From the human T2T-CHM13v2.0 reference genome, Homo sapiens: a stretch of 64,000 nt of DNA. Location: assembly GCF_009914755.1 (NCBI RefSeq), contig NC_060929.1; one strand, given 5' to 3'. Within the stretch, counting starts at the first letter, position 1, and each line of letters starts with the position of its first letter. The notes below the pieces were generated by a model. The model made no database searches, had not been told where the DNA came from, and saw nothing but the letters and a program-made list of their open reading frames with translations. A program made the translations under genes and the position numbers. Of the stretch, positions 42,706 to 56,150 are shown in pieces.

Positions 42706-42880
42706 TTTTTTTTTTTTTTTTTTGAGACAGGGTCTCTCTATGTTCTGCAGGCTGGAGTACAGTGGCTATTCATAGGCACTATCACAGCACACTGCAGCCT
42801 CAAACTCCTGGGCTTGAGCAATCCTCCCAACTCAGCTCCTGACTACAGGCACTTGAGACTACAGGCGCATGCCACCCGGC
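42706..42880 (-). mobile_element. FAM (fossil Alu monomer, 7SL-derived)
   Basis: Monomeric, and retains the 7SL/FAM segment 'agtggctattcataggc' that is absent from dimeric Alu right arms. Confidence 0.85.
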
Positions 42881-43420
42881 TTATTTTTACATTTATTTTG
42901 TTATTTTACTTTATGGCTACCAAGTCTGGCAGTTATGCAACTGACAATAGTTTGAGTTAAAAAAAAAATTGGAATGATAGCACGGTTGGATCGGTGTTGC
43001 TGTGTGGCTGGGATACCATTTCAGGCTCAGTTGCACAAGTCAGACTCTATTCTAGCTAGTTCGAGCAAGAAATTATTTATTACAGGGTGTAAAATGGAGG
43101 CTTGAGAATAAATTTCAGGTTGTACTTCCAATAGTGACTCCCAAAACTCTACGCCAAGACTAGGCCTCCAAGAAGTTGTCTACCTTTCTTAAGATCGGGA
43201 AAATGCTGGCTCCCAAACCATATCATCATTGTCATCACTGCAGCCATTGAGGAGCCTCCCTGGTCAGGAGATGTCCCTACTGCTGCCAAGTGCCAGGAGT
43301 ATGCCACATTTGGTATAATCAACATCAGTAAAACAGATGCTCCATGACTTGCCTTTCAACATCAAAAAAACTTTTTTGCCTATTTACAGGCAAAAAAGCC
43401 AAATACTTCATGTTTAATTA

Positions 43421-43661
43421 CAGGTTCACAATCCCTTGTTTGATACCCTTGGGGGCCACATGTGTTTTGGAATTCAGAGCCGCAAAATTTTCTAGAGGAA
43501 AATGAGTACTCACCCAAAGTGGGAGAAGAAAAGGAAGACTATGAATGAATTCACAGCAAGGTCAAGTTTTGATGTCAAATGAATTTGTGCAAATTTATAA
43601 AAGTAAATCAGTGCTTAGAGTTTTGGGATTTTTGAAGTGTGGAGAAGGGATTTGGGACTTG
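43421..43661. mobile_element. TcMar-Tigger MITE (MER46-like)
   Basis: TA followed by terminal inverted repeats caggttcacaatccctt ... aagggatttgggacttg. Confidence 0.7.
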
Positions 43662-44539
43662 CAGTTCACCGGGGGCTCTAAGTGAATTGCCTATTAGGGA
43701 GGTGATATAACAAAATTAAATATCCCCATGTAGACTCCATCCCCTTGTGGAGTTCACACTCATTCTATTCCCAATATTTCCTAAAGTGTCACCTCCTGTT
43801 TTCTCCTCTTCCAGTTTTACAACTTGAGGGAAAAAAGTGTGACTCTGAGATGTACCAGCTGTTATGCCAGAGACAACCCTCAGATCACCTGGGACTTGCT
43901 CCTTGTTGCCTCCTCTTTGATCTTTGCATCAGAGGGCCCTGCCAGTCTCTGTCCTCACAGTACCCAGTCTCTTGGTAAGTGCTACTCTTCACACCTTCAC
44001 ACCAGCTCTAAGAAATAGATAGAAAGCTGACAATATTCGGCAGCTGTTCTCCTCCATGAACAATTGAGATAACTTAAAAATGTTCTGCAGCAATGTAGAT
44101 CTTCTACTTTTTGCCCCATCCTTACTAAAAATGAAACACTTCTTGACTCCAAAAGATTGGTAAGTATTTGCTGAACAGAAGAGTAGTAGATTCATTTCCC
44201 TAAAACTCTGCTGTGGTCATGTCATATTTCTGCTCTACTTTCCAAAGTTCTTGCAGACTTTCAAACTTGCAAAACTTTCACAAGCCCTCCATGCACACTG
44301 AACAAAATCTTTCAGGACCTTTATGCTCTTCCTTCTGGCCTCTTCTCTAGTGTCCTGGAGATGTGCAATGTGGTTGCCCTGACTCTGCTAATCCTCTGTC
44401 CTTTCTTCCCTCTTTCCCTCGCTTCCTTTCTTCCACAGCTATTTAGTAAGCATCTTGTATGTGTCAGGCAGTGGATGTACAGTGGTAAATAGAACAGATA
44501 CAGTCCCTGCTTTCATGGAGCTTTCGTTGATCCCCTACC

Positions 44540-44975
44540 CATCTCCTCTCACCACTTCAATATGTCTGTCCAACTTACAGTGCTTGCATTTTTTTTGCCT
44601 GGGGTTTTTCTCTGGGCCACAGAGGTTACTTTGTCACCCATATGGCAGGCTGCTTAAAGTGTTAGAGAATTAACACCCCCCTCAGCATCCTTCAGTCAGT
44701 AGCTGGAATACATAATTACCCCAGGCCCCTCACCCACTTGGGGAGGTATAGCCAGGAGGAGCAGGTTGTGTGCACTGAATCCCTGAATTCCGCAGCTGGA
44801 CTGAGCTCTAGCTATAGTGGCAACTCTCTTAATAAAGAACCCTTTATCAGTTCTCTTTCCTTCTCTGTCTCTTTTCCCCATTCCTTTACTAAAGTTTCCT
44901 GGAATCAACTGCAAAATAAATTACTTGCACTTGAGTTTTATCTGGTCTGGCTTGGGGGGAGCCCAAAATTATTTT
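44540..44975 (+). mobile_element. LTR16C-like ERVL solo LTR
   Basis: 'tcctggaatcaactgcaaaataaattacttgcacttgag...cttggggggagcccaaa' is an LTR16 3' end. Confidence 0.7.
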
Positions 44976-45009
44976 TCCGATAGCTTTACACTGTGTTATG
45001 TTTACATAA

Positions 45010-45115
45010 GAGGCAGCACAGGATGGTAGGAACACACAGATTTTGCATAGGTAGACCAGGGTTTGAATCTTGGTCCTGCCACAGACTAATATGTGATTCT
45101 GGGTAGATTTACAGA
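45010..45115 (+). mobile_element. MIR 5' part
   Basis: 'ggcagcacaggatggtaggaa...agaccagggtttgaatcttggtcctgccac...tgtgattctgggtag'. Confidence 0.75.
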
Positions 45116-46049
45116 AGGGGAAGCTTGGTCTTTAGCACCGTATGAGGCTGATATTGATAATGACACATAGTTGGCATTCCAACTGAATTTTGTCTTTCCA
45201 AATATCTGTGTCTTGACTCAAGCTATTCTTATTGGCTGAAATCTCCCACCATTTTTGCCTATGGGAAATTTGCATTTGCCTCTAAGAGTCTGCCTCAGCC
45301 ATGATGTCTTCTGTAATTAATGCAGCAAGGAGTGAGATCTTTTGTTCCTCAACTCTTATAGTATTGGTTATTAGGAGCATTTTCATAGCGCTGATCAAAA
45401 GCTAATCTGCTTTATAATGGTTTGTCTCCATCTTCCCTCCCCTGCTAATTGTAAAATTGACAGGGAACAGGAGCCGCATCTGGGTCTAGGACACAGCATT
45501 TTGTTTGCTGAGAGTCTGGTAGAACTTCCCACAGCCCACGGGTTGATGGAACTGTGATAACCAGCTCACAAGCTGGGGGAAAAACCAAGATCCCATGGCA
45601 CCAAGTATTACACCCATGTAATTTTGTTACATTACTAATTATAAAGACACTGACATTTAAGAGTTAATAAAAAATGAACTGACCTTTTCTCTCCCAGGAC
45701 CTTGGGACCCAAGGCAATGGGGAGTCAATCTCAGGGCAATTTCTGCCAATGAATTGTTCCCTGTAGTCAGACAAAGCCTTTCTTGTGTTCTTCCCCTCAT
45801 TTCTCCTCGTGGGACCCTCCTGGAAGGTGACTGTCTTGAATGCTTTATTCATGGCCATGGTACCTTTTTGAGGAGGTTTCGTAGAGGAACAAGAGCTACT
45901 CTGGGTGCTGCTGCTGCTGCCCTGAGGCTGTTGGAGAAGCTTCCATAGGACCCACATGGCTCCCAGCAGCTGACAATTCATTTTAAGCCACCTGCCCTCC
46001 TGTCATCGTGGCAGAAAGGGGACAAAACACAACGTAAAATCACACAGTG

Positions 46050-47560
46050 TCTTCTTTTTATTTTTGTGTTACTAAAGTTAGTATTTATTTTATGAAAGTT
46101 GTAGCTGCACATAATATTAGTTATATAGTCCACAGACTAATTACCAAAACCAAGAGCAATCCTCTATGCCCAGACCATTACAGCTCCCAGAGGCAACCAC
46201 ACGCAGCAATTTTAACTCTTATTTTTGATACTTACCTTCATATTTCTGAGTAACATGCTTATATTGCTAGTTCATTCTCCATAATGGCTAAAACTAAATA
46301 ATCAAGATTTAACTTTTTTTATGGCATCAACCCCCTCCTACAAGCCCACTTCTCATCCCCTTATTGTCTCGATACAGTATATTTATATGATAATGTAGAA
46401 TGTATCAATAATCAGTGTTCACATAATTAGGACTATGTAAACACTGCTCACCATGGAACCATGTTTTTATATATATATATACTCTTGCTTTTTCTGTCTT
46501 GTACATTTTTTGTTTTCCTAGAAGTTAGTGATTAGTTGTCTTATTTTATAATTTGCTTAGTTTTCAATGCAGTTATCATTAATTAGAACAGATATGTAAA
46601 TAGATATCATCAAAAAGTGCTTCTGGAGCTCTTCACAAACCTCAGCTCTAAATACTCTCATAATGTTTAAATATTCTCTTTATATTTTCAAATATATCAA
46701 ATATTCTATTAATTTCAATTTCTCGAAACCATCTTTTCCAGATGGAATTGTTCTGATTTTTCTATTCCAGACTGATTGCTTTCTACCCTAGTACACAATT
46801 GTTATCTTGAGACTCTCTCTTCATCATAATTCCATGTGTCCCTTTTACTTCTCTCTTTTTAAGACTTTGCATATTTGAAAGTATTCGTATGCTGCTCTCA
46901 TATTAAATTGACAGTTTGGCTGGGTAAGAGAGCTCTCACAATTTTAAAGGCAGATTCTCTATTGTCCTTTAACTTCCACTGAGGATGTTTAGAGATCCAA
47001 AGCAATTCTAATTGTTGGGCCTTATACAGGAAGTCTTACGTCTCTCTGGAAACTGACAAGATGTTGTTTTTTCCCAGTGCTCTGAAATTTAATGATGACA
47101 TGCCTTGGTGTGGGTCTACTTTTATCCAATGGGCTTTGCATTACTGGGACTCAACTTCAAAACTCATGTTTCAAATTTACTTAAGTTATTCTCTTTGTTA
47201 ATTTCTTTCCCTCAATTTTGTACTCATTCTGGAACTCCTATTATTTAGATATTAGATCTCCTGGATGGATCTTCTAATTTTCTTTTCTTTCTTTCCTGTT
47301 TTCCTCAATTTTATTTTCCAACTTTTCTAATGCATTTTACATTCCTGCCATCGCAATTTTAACTCCTCAAATTTCTTTCTTAGTCCATGATTATTCTATT
47401 TCTGTGGCATCCCATTCTCCTTTCATGGATATAATAATTTTACAAAATCTCTCTAAGGATCAAGTTAATTTTTTAAAAAATTTTATATCCCTTTACAGTT
47501 TCCGTTTTCTCTAAGCTGCTTTTGTCTTTTCCTGTATGTTTTTTTGTTTTTTTGTTTTTT
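46050..47560 (-). mobile_element. HAL1 / ancient L1M ORF1-like relic
   Basis: 'ttgacagtttggctgggta', 'ctgaaatttaatgatgacatgccttggtgtgggtc', 'tctggaactcctattatttagatattagatctcctgga'. It resumes briefly after the LTR40 (~48055-48130). Confidence 0.65.
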
Positions 47561-47562
47561 TT

Positions 47563-48054
47563 GGTCAAGAATTATGACGAGTGTAAGACTTTTAGCCCAC
47601 TTGCAGTCTAACAAGTTAGCCTACTACAGTTGCTTGGATGCTTTAAGAAGGCATGAGACTTCTGGGTCAGAGACACTATGTTATTCACAGCAATAGCCAC
47701 AGCCAGAGTTTCAGCATTTGTATCAGTTTCCCGAGCATCGGTTCCCACAGGGCAACACAAAGAAGCCTGGGTAATGCCTTCATGCACAGTAGGTGATTAT
47801 AGGAGAGGAACCCCAAGCTTAGGGGACCCCAGTCTTTTATAATGGACAGTGAGCTTATCTGACTTTTGCTCCAGAGTGAGACAGTATACTGAGCAGGAAA
47901 TGAATTTGCCCTTTGCTGTGATAGGTCATACTGTCTCTTTCAAGGCTGTTTGCTGTACAAAGACCCTTGAAAAGATAGCCTAGAAAAGCATTCTGTGCCT
48001 CTGCTTGAAAGATTTGCAGAAATATGAAAGACTAAAGGGAATTATCTCGCAACA
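47563..48054 (-). mobile_element. LTR40(a/b)-like ERVL solo LTR
   Basis: The reverse complement starts TGTTGCGAGATAAT...tttctgcaaatc...agcagaggcac...ctatcttttcaagg...agcaaacagccttg and ends ...ttcttgac. Confidence 0.8.
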
Positions 48055-48140
48055 TTTGTTTGTTTTTATATTTCAAATTAAACACTTTCCTCGAATGTTT
48101 GGTAATCCTTGGTTATCTACTTACACTTAAGAACTGTCTT

Positions 48141-49046
<906 letters not shown>

Positions 49047-49049
49047 CTG

Positions 49050-49432
49050 AGGTTTGTGAAGGGCTTCTTCAGTACTTTCTGGTGATGTCTTTTCACCAGA
49101 AAATTCACATAATTTTTTAATCAAATGAAGTAAGTTTTCAGAGATATTTATGTCCTTTTCCACAATTACCCAGAAAATCCTTTGGCTATCATAGCATCTT
49201 TCTCTTTGATCACCCCTAGGAAATGTTTTTTGCTTTTAAGAACTCATGCGAATGTATTTAGCTCACCTACATAATCTAAGTTAATCTCTCACCTCTGCAT
49301 GTAACCTTAAACACACAAAGTCTGCATGTAACCTTAAACACACAAAGTTCTTTTTCCAGGTAAGGTGACATAGTCATAGCTCTGAAGATGAGGACATGGG
49401 CAGCTTTAAGGGCCATTATTCTTCCTATCACA
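49050..49432 (-). mobile_element. MLT1C/D-like LTR fragment
   Basis: 'gtaaggtgacatagtcatagctctgaagatgaggacatgg...ggccattattcttcctatcaca'. Confidence 0.7.
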
Positions 49433-49449
49433 CTATTATTGTGTCCATT

Positions 49450-51734
49450 TGATATGATTTGGCTGTGTTCCCACCCAAATCTCATCTTGAATTGTAACTC
49501 CCGCAGTTCCCACATGTTGTGGGAGGAACCCAGTAGGAGGTGATTGAATTATGGAGGCAGGTCTTTCCCGTGCTGTTCTCATGATAGTGAGTGAGTCTCA
49601 TGAGATCTGATGGTTTTAAAAATGGGAGCTTTCCTACACAAGATGTCTCTCTTTGCCTGCTGCCATCCATGAAAGACAAGACTTGCTCTTCCTTACCTTC
49701 CACCATGATTGTGAGCTCTCCCCAGCCACATAGAACTATAAGGCCAATAAACCTCTTTCTTTTGTACATTGCCTAGTGTTGGGTATGTCTTTGTCAGCAG
49801 CATGAGAACAGACTAATACAGTAAATTGGTACCAGTAGAGTGGGGCACTGCTGAAAAGATACCCCAAAATGTGGAAGCAACTTTGGAACTGGGTAACAGG
49901 CAGAGGTTGGAACAGTTTGGAGGGCTCAAAAGAAGACAGGAAAATGTGGGAAAGTTTGGAACTTCCTAGAGACTTGTTGATTGGCTTTGACCAAAATGCT
50001 GATAGCGATGTGGCCACAGGGTCCAGGCTGAGGTGATCTCTGATGGAAATGAGGCACTTGTTGGGAACTAGAGCAATGTTTTAGCAAAGAGACTGGCAGC
50101 ATTTTGCCCCTGCCCTAGAGATTTGTGGAACTTTGAACTAGAGAAAGATGATTTAGAGTATCTGGCAGAAGAAATTTCTAAGCAGCAAAGCAATTCAAGA
50201 GGTGACTTGAGTGCTATTAAAGGCATTCAGTTTTATAAGGGAAGCAGAGCATAAAAGTTTGGAAAATATGCAGGCTGACAATATGATAGAAAAGAAATCC
50301 CATTTTCTGAGGAGAAATTCAAGCTGGCTGCAAAAGTTTTCATAAGTAACAAGGAGTCGAATGTTAAGTTGCAAGACAATGGGGAAAATGTATCCAGGGC
50401 ATGTCAGAGGTCTTCATAGCAGCCCATTCCATCACAGACCCAGAGGCCTACGAGGAAAAGGTGGTTTCAGGGAATGGGCCCAGGGTCCCCGTGCTGTGTG
50501 CAGCCTAGGGACTTGGTGCTCTGCATCCCAGCTGCTCCAGCTGTGGCTGAAAGGGGCCAACATAGAACTCAGACTGTGGCTTCAGAGGGTGCAAACCTCA
50601 AGGTTTGGCAGCTTCCATGCGGTGTTGAGCCTGCCAGTGCACAGAAGTTAAGAATTGGGGTTTGGGAACCTCTGCCTAGATTTCAGAGGATATATGGAAA
50701 TGCCTGGATGTCCAGGCAGAAGTTTGCTACAGGGGTAGGGCTCTCATGGAGAACCTCTGCTAGCATAGTATGGAAGGGAAATGTGGGGTCAGAGCCCCCA
50801 CACAGAGTCCCTACTGGGGCACTGCCTAGTGAAGCTGTGAGAAGAGGGCCATTTTCCTTCAGACCCCAGAATGGTAGATCCACTGACAGCTTGCACCGTG
50901 CACCAGGAAAAGCCATAGACACTCAACACCAGCCCATGAAAGCAGCCTGGAGGGAGGTTGCATCCTACAAAGCCACAGGGGCAGAGCTGCCCAAGACCAT
51001 GGGAACCCACCACTTGCATGAGCATGACCTGGATGTGAGTCATGGAGTCAAAGGAGATCATTTTGGAGCTTTAAGATTTGACTGCCCTGTTGGATTTTGG
51101 ACTTGAATGGGGCCTGAAGCCCCTTTGTTTTGGCCAATTTATCCCATTTGGAATGGCTGTATTTGCCCAATGCCTGCATCCCCATTGTACCTAGGAAGTA
51201 ACTACGTTGCTTTTGATTTTACTGGCTCCTATGTGGAAAGGACTTGCCTGTCTCAGATGAGACATTGAACTGTGGACTATTGAGTTAATGCTGAAATGAG
51301 TTAAGACTTTGGGGCACAGTTAGGAAGGCATGATTGGTTTTGAAATGTGAGGACATGAGATTTGGGAGGGTCAAAGGGCAGAATGATATGGTTTGCCTGT
51401 GTCCCCACCCAAATCTCATCTTGAATTGTAACTCCCACAGTTCCCACATGCCATGGGAGGAACCCAGTGGGAGGTGATTGAATTATGGGGGCAGATCTTT
51501 CCTGCACTGTTCTCATGCTAGTGAGTGAATGTTACGAGATCTGATGGTTTGCACAAGCTCTTCCTTTGCCTTCTGCCATTCATATAAGATGTGATTTGCT
51601 CCTTCTTGCCTTCTGCTATGATTGTGAGGCCTCCCTGGCTATGTGGAACTGTGAGTCCAATTAAACCTCTTTCTTTTCTAAATTGCCCAGTCTCAGGTAT
51701 GTCTTTATCGGCAGCATGAAAATGAACTGATACA
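49450..51734 (+). mobile_element. Complete THE1B-like MaLR element (5'LTR 49450-49820, internal 49821-51383, 3'LTR 51384-51734)
   Basis: Both LTRs run TGATATG...TACA, the internal region starts 'gtaaattggtaccagtagagtgggg', and there is a perfect 5-bp TSD CCATT (49445-49449 and 51735-51739). Confidence 0.96.
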
Positions 51735-51835
51735 CCATTTTACAAATGATAAAACTGAGAAGTGCCATGTTCAAGGTCATACACCTAAGGGTTAGAGTTG
51801 CATTTTCAACCCAGGCTGTTTAGAACCAGATCCTG
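51735..51835 (-). mobile_element. MIR (continues from 49433-49449; split by THE1B)
   Basis: Removing THE1B rejoins 'ctattattgtgtccatt|ttacaaatgataaaactgag'. Confidence 0.75.
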
Positions 51836-52754
51836 TGCTACATTAGGGCTGGGATGACTAAGAGCCAAGAACAAAATAAGGCAAAAGTCACCCCTTGGCA
51901 GAGGCCTCACGTATGTAAACTGCATTCCTGCTGAAGGCTTATCTCGACTATTTTTAAAGGCTTAGATAATGAAAAAGGAAGAAACATCCTTCTTTTGTTG
52001 TTGTGAAGTGGCTTAAATCATGTAGAAGCCCATTCATGTTGACAAGTATATAGGCTCTAGGAAAACCGATCAACTGTGGATTTGTTTGAAATTGACAAAA
52101 ATTCCTGCCCCCAGCAAACTGGGGACAGAGGGCTATGTCCTTTATATCTTTCCTGACTCATCAATTTGATGAGGCCTTTGTTTTACAGCTGGGAAAAATA
52201 TAAGGAAGAGCATTGTGGATGTGATTTTTTTCAAACCAGGATTCAACTAAAATTTATTTTATTAGTTCTCCTTCAATCTATAACCTTCATTATTATTATT
52301 GTTGTTGTTACTCTCCTGGCCAGCACATTCTTGTCACTAACAGTGCCTTGCTGTAATGATTCTCACTAGGGGTAGTCAGGGTTCTGAGGGGGTGGTGGCA
52401 GGAGAGCACTTGAACAAGAGCAATGACGACTGGGTCTACATGGGAGGCAGTCTGGACTTGGGGCACCCCAACAGAGGCACTACCAATCTAGGCTGTTCTC
52501 AGATGCTGGAAGAGGATTTAGACAAATATGAGGAAGACACTCCAAGATGAGATCCCTGATGAGGTACGGGGTCTGGGACAGGGGCCCTGCTTGCCCAGGT
52601 CAAGGGAAGTATAGGAGGTAGGGCAGGGATATGGAGAATAATCTCACAGTGGTGGGAAGGGTGAGTCGAATGTGTCTAGATAGCACATCTAAGGGGCTGC
52701 TCTCTCAAATGCCACCGGAACTCTAGGCATGCTCCTCCCATTCCCATTTTCACA

Positions 52755-53760
52755 TCCTTCATTTATTCAGCAAGTATTTATTGAGCACTGAATGTGCACC
52801 AACCACTGTTCTAGGTATACTTCTAGCCAAAAATGCCTGCCCTCATAGAACTCACATTCTATTGGGGGAAACAGACAACAACATATGTAAGTAAAAAATA
52901 TGTGTTATATAGTGAAAAGTGGTAAGGAGGAACAATGGCGTGTAGTGGAAGTGAAGGATAGGAAATACCAGGTGAAAGTGAGATGTTATAATTGTTGATA
53001 ATGTGTTAGTTACCTCTTGCTGAATAACAAACTACCCCAAATATGAGCGGCTTAAAACAAGAAACATTTATGATCACAGTTTCCATGACTCAGAAATCCA
53101 GGCACAGTTTAGGTGTGCCCAGGGTCCTCTGGCTCAGGAAGTCACAGGCTGGGCCAGGGTCTCAGGTCTCACAAGGTTGTAATCAAGGTGCTGGCCAGGC
53201 TTGCAGTCATCTCAGGGTTTGAACAGGGGAGGATCCACCTCCAAGATCACTCACATGGTTGTTGGCAAGGAATCAATTTCTGGAAGTTTGTTGGACCGAG
53301 GTTCTCAGCTCTTTATCAGCTGGTTGGCAGAGCCCTCCCTCCTATCCTGGCCACATCAGCTTCTCTAGGGCAGTTCACAACATGGCAGCTGGCTTCACCA
53401 AAGAGAGCAAGTGAGAGAGGAAGGGAAGGCAAGCTGGAAATAAGCCAGACTCTTTGTTACCTAATCTTGGAAGTGACATGCCATCCCTCTTGCTATTTTC
53501 TTTTCCTTAGGAGTTGGTCACTAGGTCCCTCCCACACTCAAGGACAAGACTATAGAAGGACACAAAGACCAGGGGATGAGGATCTTTCAGGGCTATCTGA
53601 GAAACTCCTATTATAGAAGAAGCAGATTGGAGACCTTGCCAAGAAAGTGGTAGTTGAGTAAAGAAATGTAGGAAGGCAGGAAAAGAGCAATATCTGGAAG
53701 AAGAGCATTCCAAGCTCAGGGAACAGAACAGGCAGAGTTTTCCAGGCAGGAGCAAGGCAT
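52755..53760 (-). mobile_element. L2 split by an MLT1F
   Basis: 'ttcatttattcagcaagtatttattgagcact' before the LTR and 'atctggaagaagagcattccaagc' after it. Confidence 0.8.
53002..53612 (-). mobile_element. MLT1F-like MaLR LTR
   Basis: 'tgtgttagttacctcttgctgaataacaaactacccc...gcttaaaacaa', 'tcacaacatggcagctggcttc', 'cctaatcttggaagtgaca'. Confidence 0.85.
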
Positions 53761-54052
53761 GTATAGTCTCTCTGTAAAAAGTAATCTACTGATGGTCTCC
53801 AGCAATTTGCCTGACTTTAACATATTTTGATCTGATATGCACTAATCAATAAGATCTCTTCATCCCATAAATATACACCATCTTCCATACGTTAGGCTCT
53901 GTGCAAGGCTAAGAGTGTCAGCAACCCTGAGCTCAACTAATCAAAGGGAAGCTTTTCAGGCCTGTGCACTGGCCCTGCAGCTTTGATGAGTAGAGGATGG
54001 TCTGTAATATTTATTATCCTACAGCATTTCTCTTTAGACACAGAAATTGTCT

Positions 54053-56150
54053 AAGGAGTGACATCAGCAAGATGGTGGACTAGGAGGCTCTGACCCTCCT
54101 CCCCCACCAAATAAACAACAATTTGGCAATTATCCAGGGACTGAAAGAGCACTGGGAGAGCTCCGGAGTGAGGTTAAGAAGCTACAGCCACCCAGTGGAG
54201 CACAAAAACTGAGGACAGCCATATAGAAAAGTATAGAAAGCATTTTACCTGAGTAACTCCGCTCCCCTAGGGCCAGCTTATACACTGAAAATTATAATAC
54301 ATTGATGAAGAAATTAAAGAAGACACAGATAAATAGAAAGAAATCTTGTTTTCATGGATCAAAAGAATATTGTTAAAATATCCATACTACCCAAAGTGAT
54401 CTACAGATTCAATGACATTTCTATTAAAATTCCAAAGGCATTCTTTATAGAAATAGAAAAAATATTCTAAAATTTATATGAAATCACAAAAACCTCTGAA
54501 TAGTCCAAGCAATGTTGAGTAAGAAGAGCCAAGTTGGAAGCAACAGCTGTCTAGATTTCAAAATATATTACAAAGCTATAACAATCAAAACAGCATGACA
54601 CTGGCATAAAACAGACATATAAGCCAATAGAACAGAATAGAGAGCCCAGAAATAAATACACTCATTAACTGATCTTTCACAAAGGTGCCAAGAAAACACA
54701 ACGGGGAAAAGATTGTCTCTTCAACAAATGGTATTGGGAAAACTGGATATCCACATGCAGAAGAATGAAATTGGACCCTTATCTCACACTATATACAAAA
54801 ATCAACTCAAAATAAAGACTTAAAAGTAAGATCTAAAATCAGAAAGACTACTAGAATAAAACATAGGGAAAAAGCTTTTTGATCTTTGTTTGGGCAATGA
54901 TTTTTCTTGGATATAACCCCAAAAAGCACAGGCAACAAAAGCAAAAATAGAAAAATGGGATTCTATCAAACTAAAAAGCCTCTGTACAGCAAAGGAAACA
55001 ATCAACAAAGTGAAAGGTAACCTACGAAGTGGGAGAAAATATTTGCAAACCACGTATCTGATGAGGGTTTAACATCCAAAATATATAAGGAATTCATAAC
55101 AACTTAATGGCAAAATCAAACAACCCAATAAAAAATGGGCAAAGGACATAGACATTTATCAGAGAAGATATACAAACGGCTGATAGGTGTATAAAAAGGT
55201 GCTCAACATCACTAATAATCAGGAAAATGCAAATTAAAATCACAATATAATATCACCTCTCACCTGTTAGAACGGCTATTATCAAAAAGACAAAAGATAG
55301 CATGTGTTGGTGAGGATGTGGTGAAAAGGAAACCCTTGTACACTCTTGGTGGAAATGTAAATTGGTATAGCTATTACGGAAAACAGTATGGAGGTTCCCC
55401 AAAAAGTTAAAAATAAAACTACCATATGACTTAGCAGTCTCATTTCTGGGTATATATGCAAAGGAAATGAAATCAGTACCCTGAAGAGATATGAATACTC
55501 CAATGTGCAATGAAGCATTATTCACAATACCCAAGATATAGAAACAACCTAAATGTCTACAATAGATAAGTGATTTTTAAAAATGTGGTATATATGTATA
55601 CATATACAAAACAGAATATCATTCAGCCTAAAAAAAGAAGGAGATCCTGCCGTTTGCAACAACATGGATGAATCTGAAGGATATGATACTAAGTAAAATA
55701 AGCCAAACACAGAAGGACAAATATTTCAGGATCTCACTTATATGTAGAATCTAAAATAGTCAAACTCATAGAAGTGGAGAGTAGAATGACGGTTACCAGG
55801 GGCTGGCGGGGAGGAAGAAATGTGGAGACATTGATCAAAGGGTATAAAGTTTCAGTTTTGCAAGATGAGTAAGTTCTGGACATCTAACATACGTCAATGT
55901 GACTATGGGTAAATTGTGTGAGGTGAAGATACGTTAGTTAGCTTGACTGTGGCTGTCATTTTACAATACATGTGTAAATCAAAACACCAAGTTGTATACC
56001 TTAAATGTGTACAAGTTTTAATTATACCTCAATAAATTCTGGCTATCATTCCACAATACATACATATATCAAAACACCAAATTGTACACCTTAAATGTGT
56101 TCAATTTTTTTATGGTACCTCAAAAAAGCTAAAAAAAGTCATGAATAAAA
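54053..56150 (+). mobile_element. L1MA9-like LINE: ~220-bp 5' end joined to late ORF2, 3'UTR and tail
   Basis: 5' start 'ggagtgacatcagcaagatggtggactagga'. ORF2 from ~54277 ('cttatacactgaaaattataa..cattgatgaa'). L1MA8/9-type 3'UTR. Diverged TSD agacacagaaattgtct / agactagaaattgcct. Confidence 0.88.

Noticed and set aside
50474-51106. 210-aa ORF
   Set aside because: It lies wholly in the THE1 internal region, a decayed MaLR reading frame with no evidence of being a host gene.
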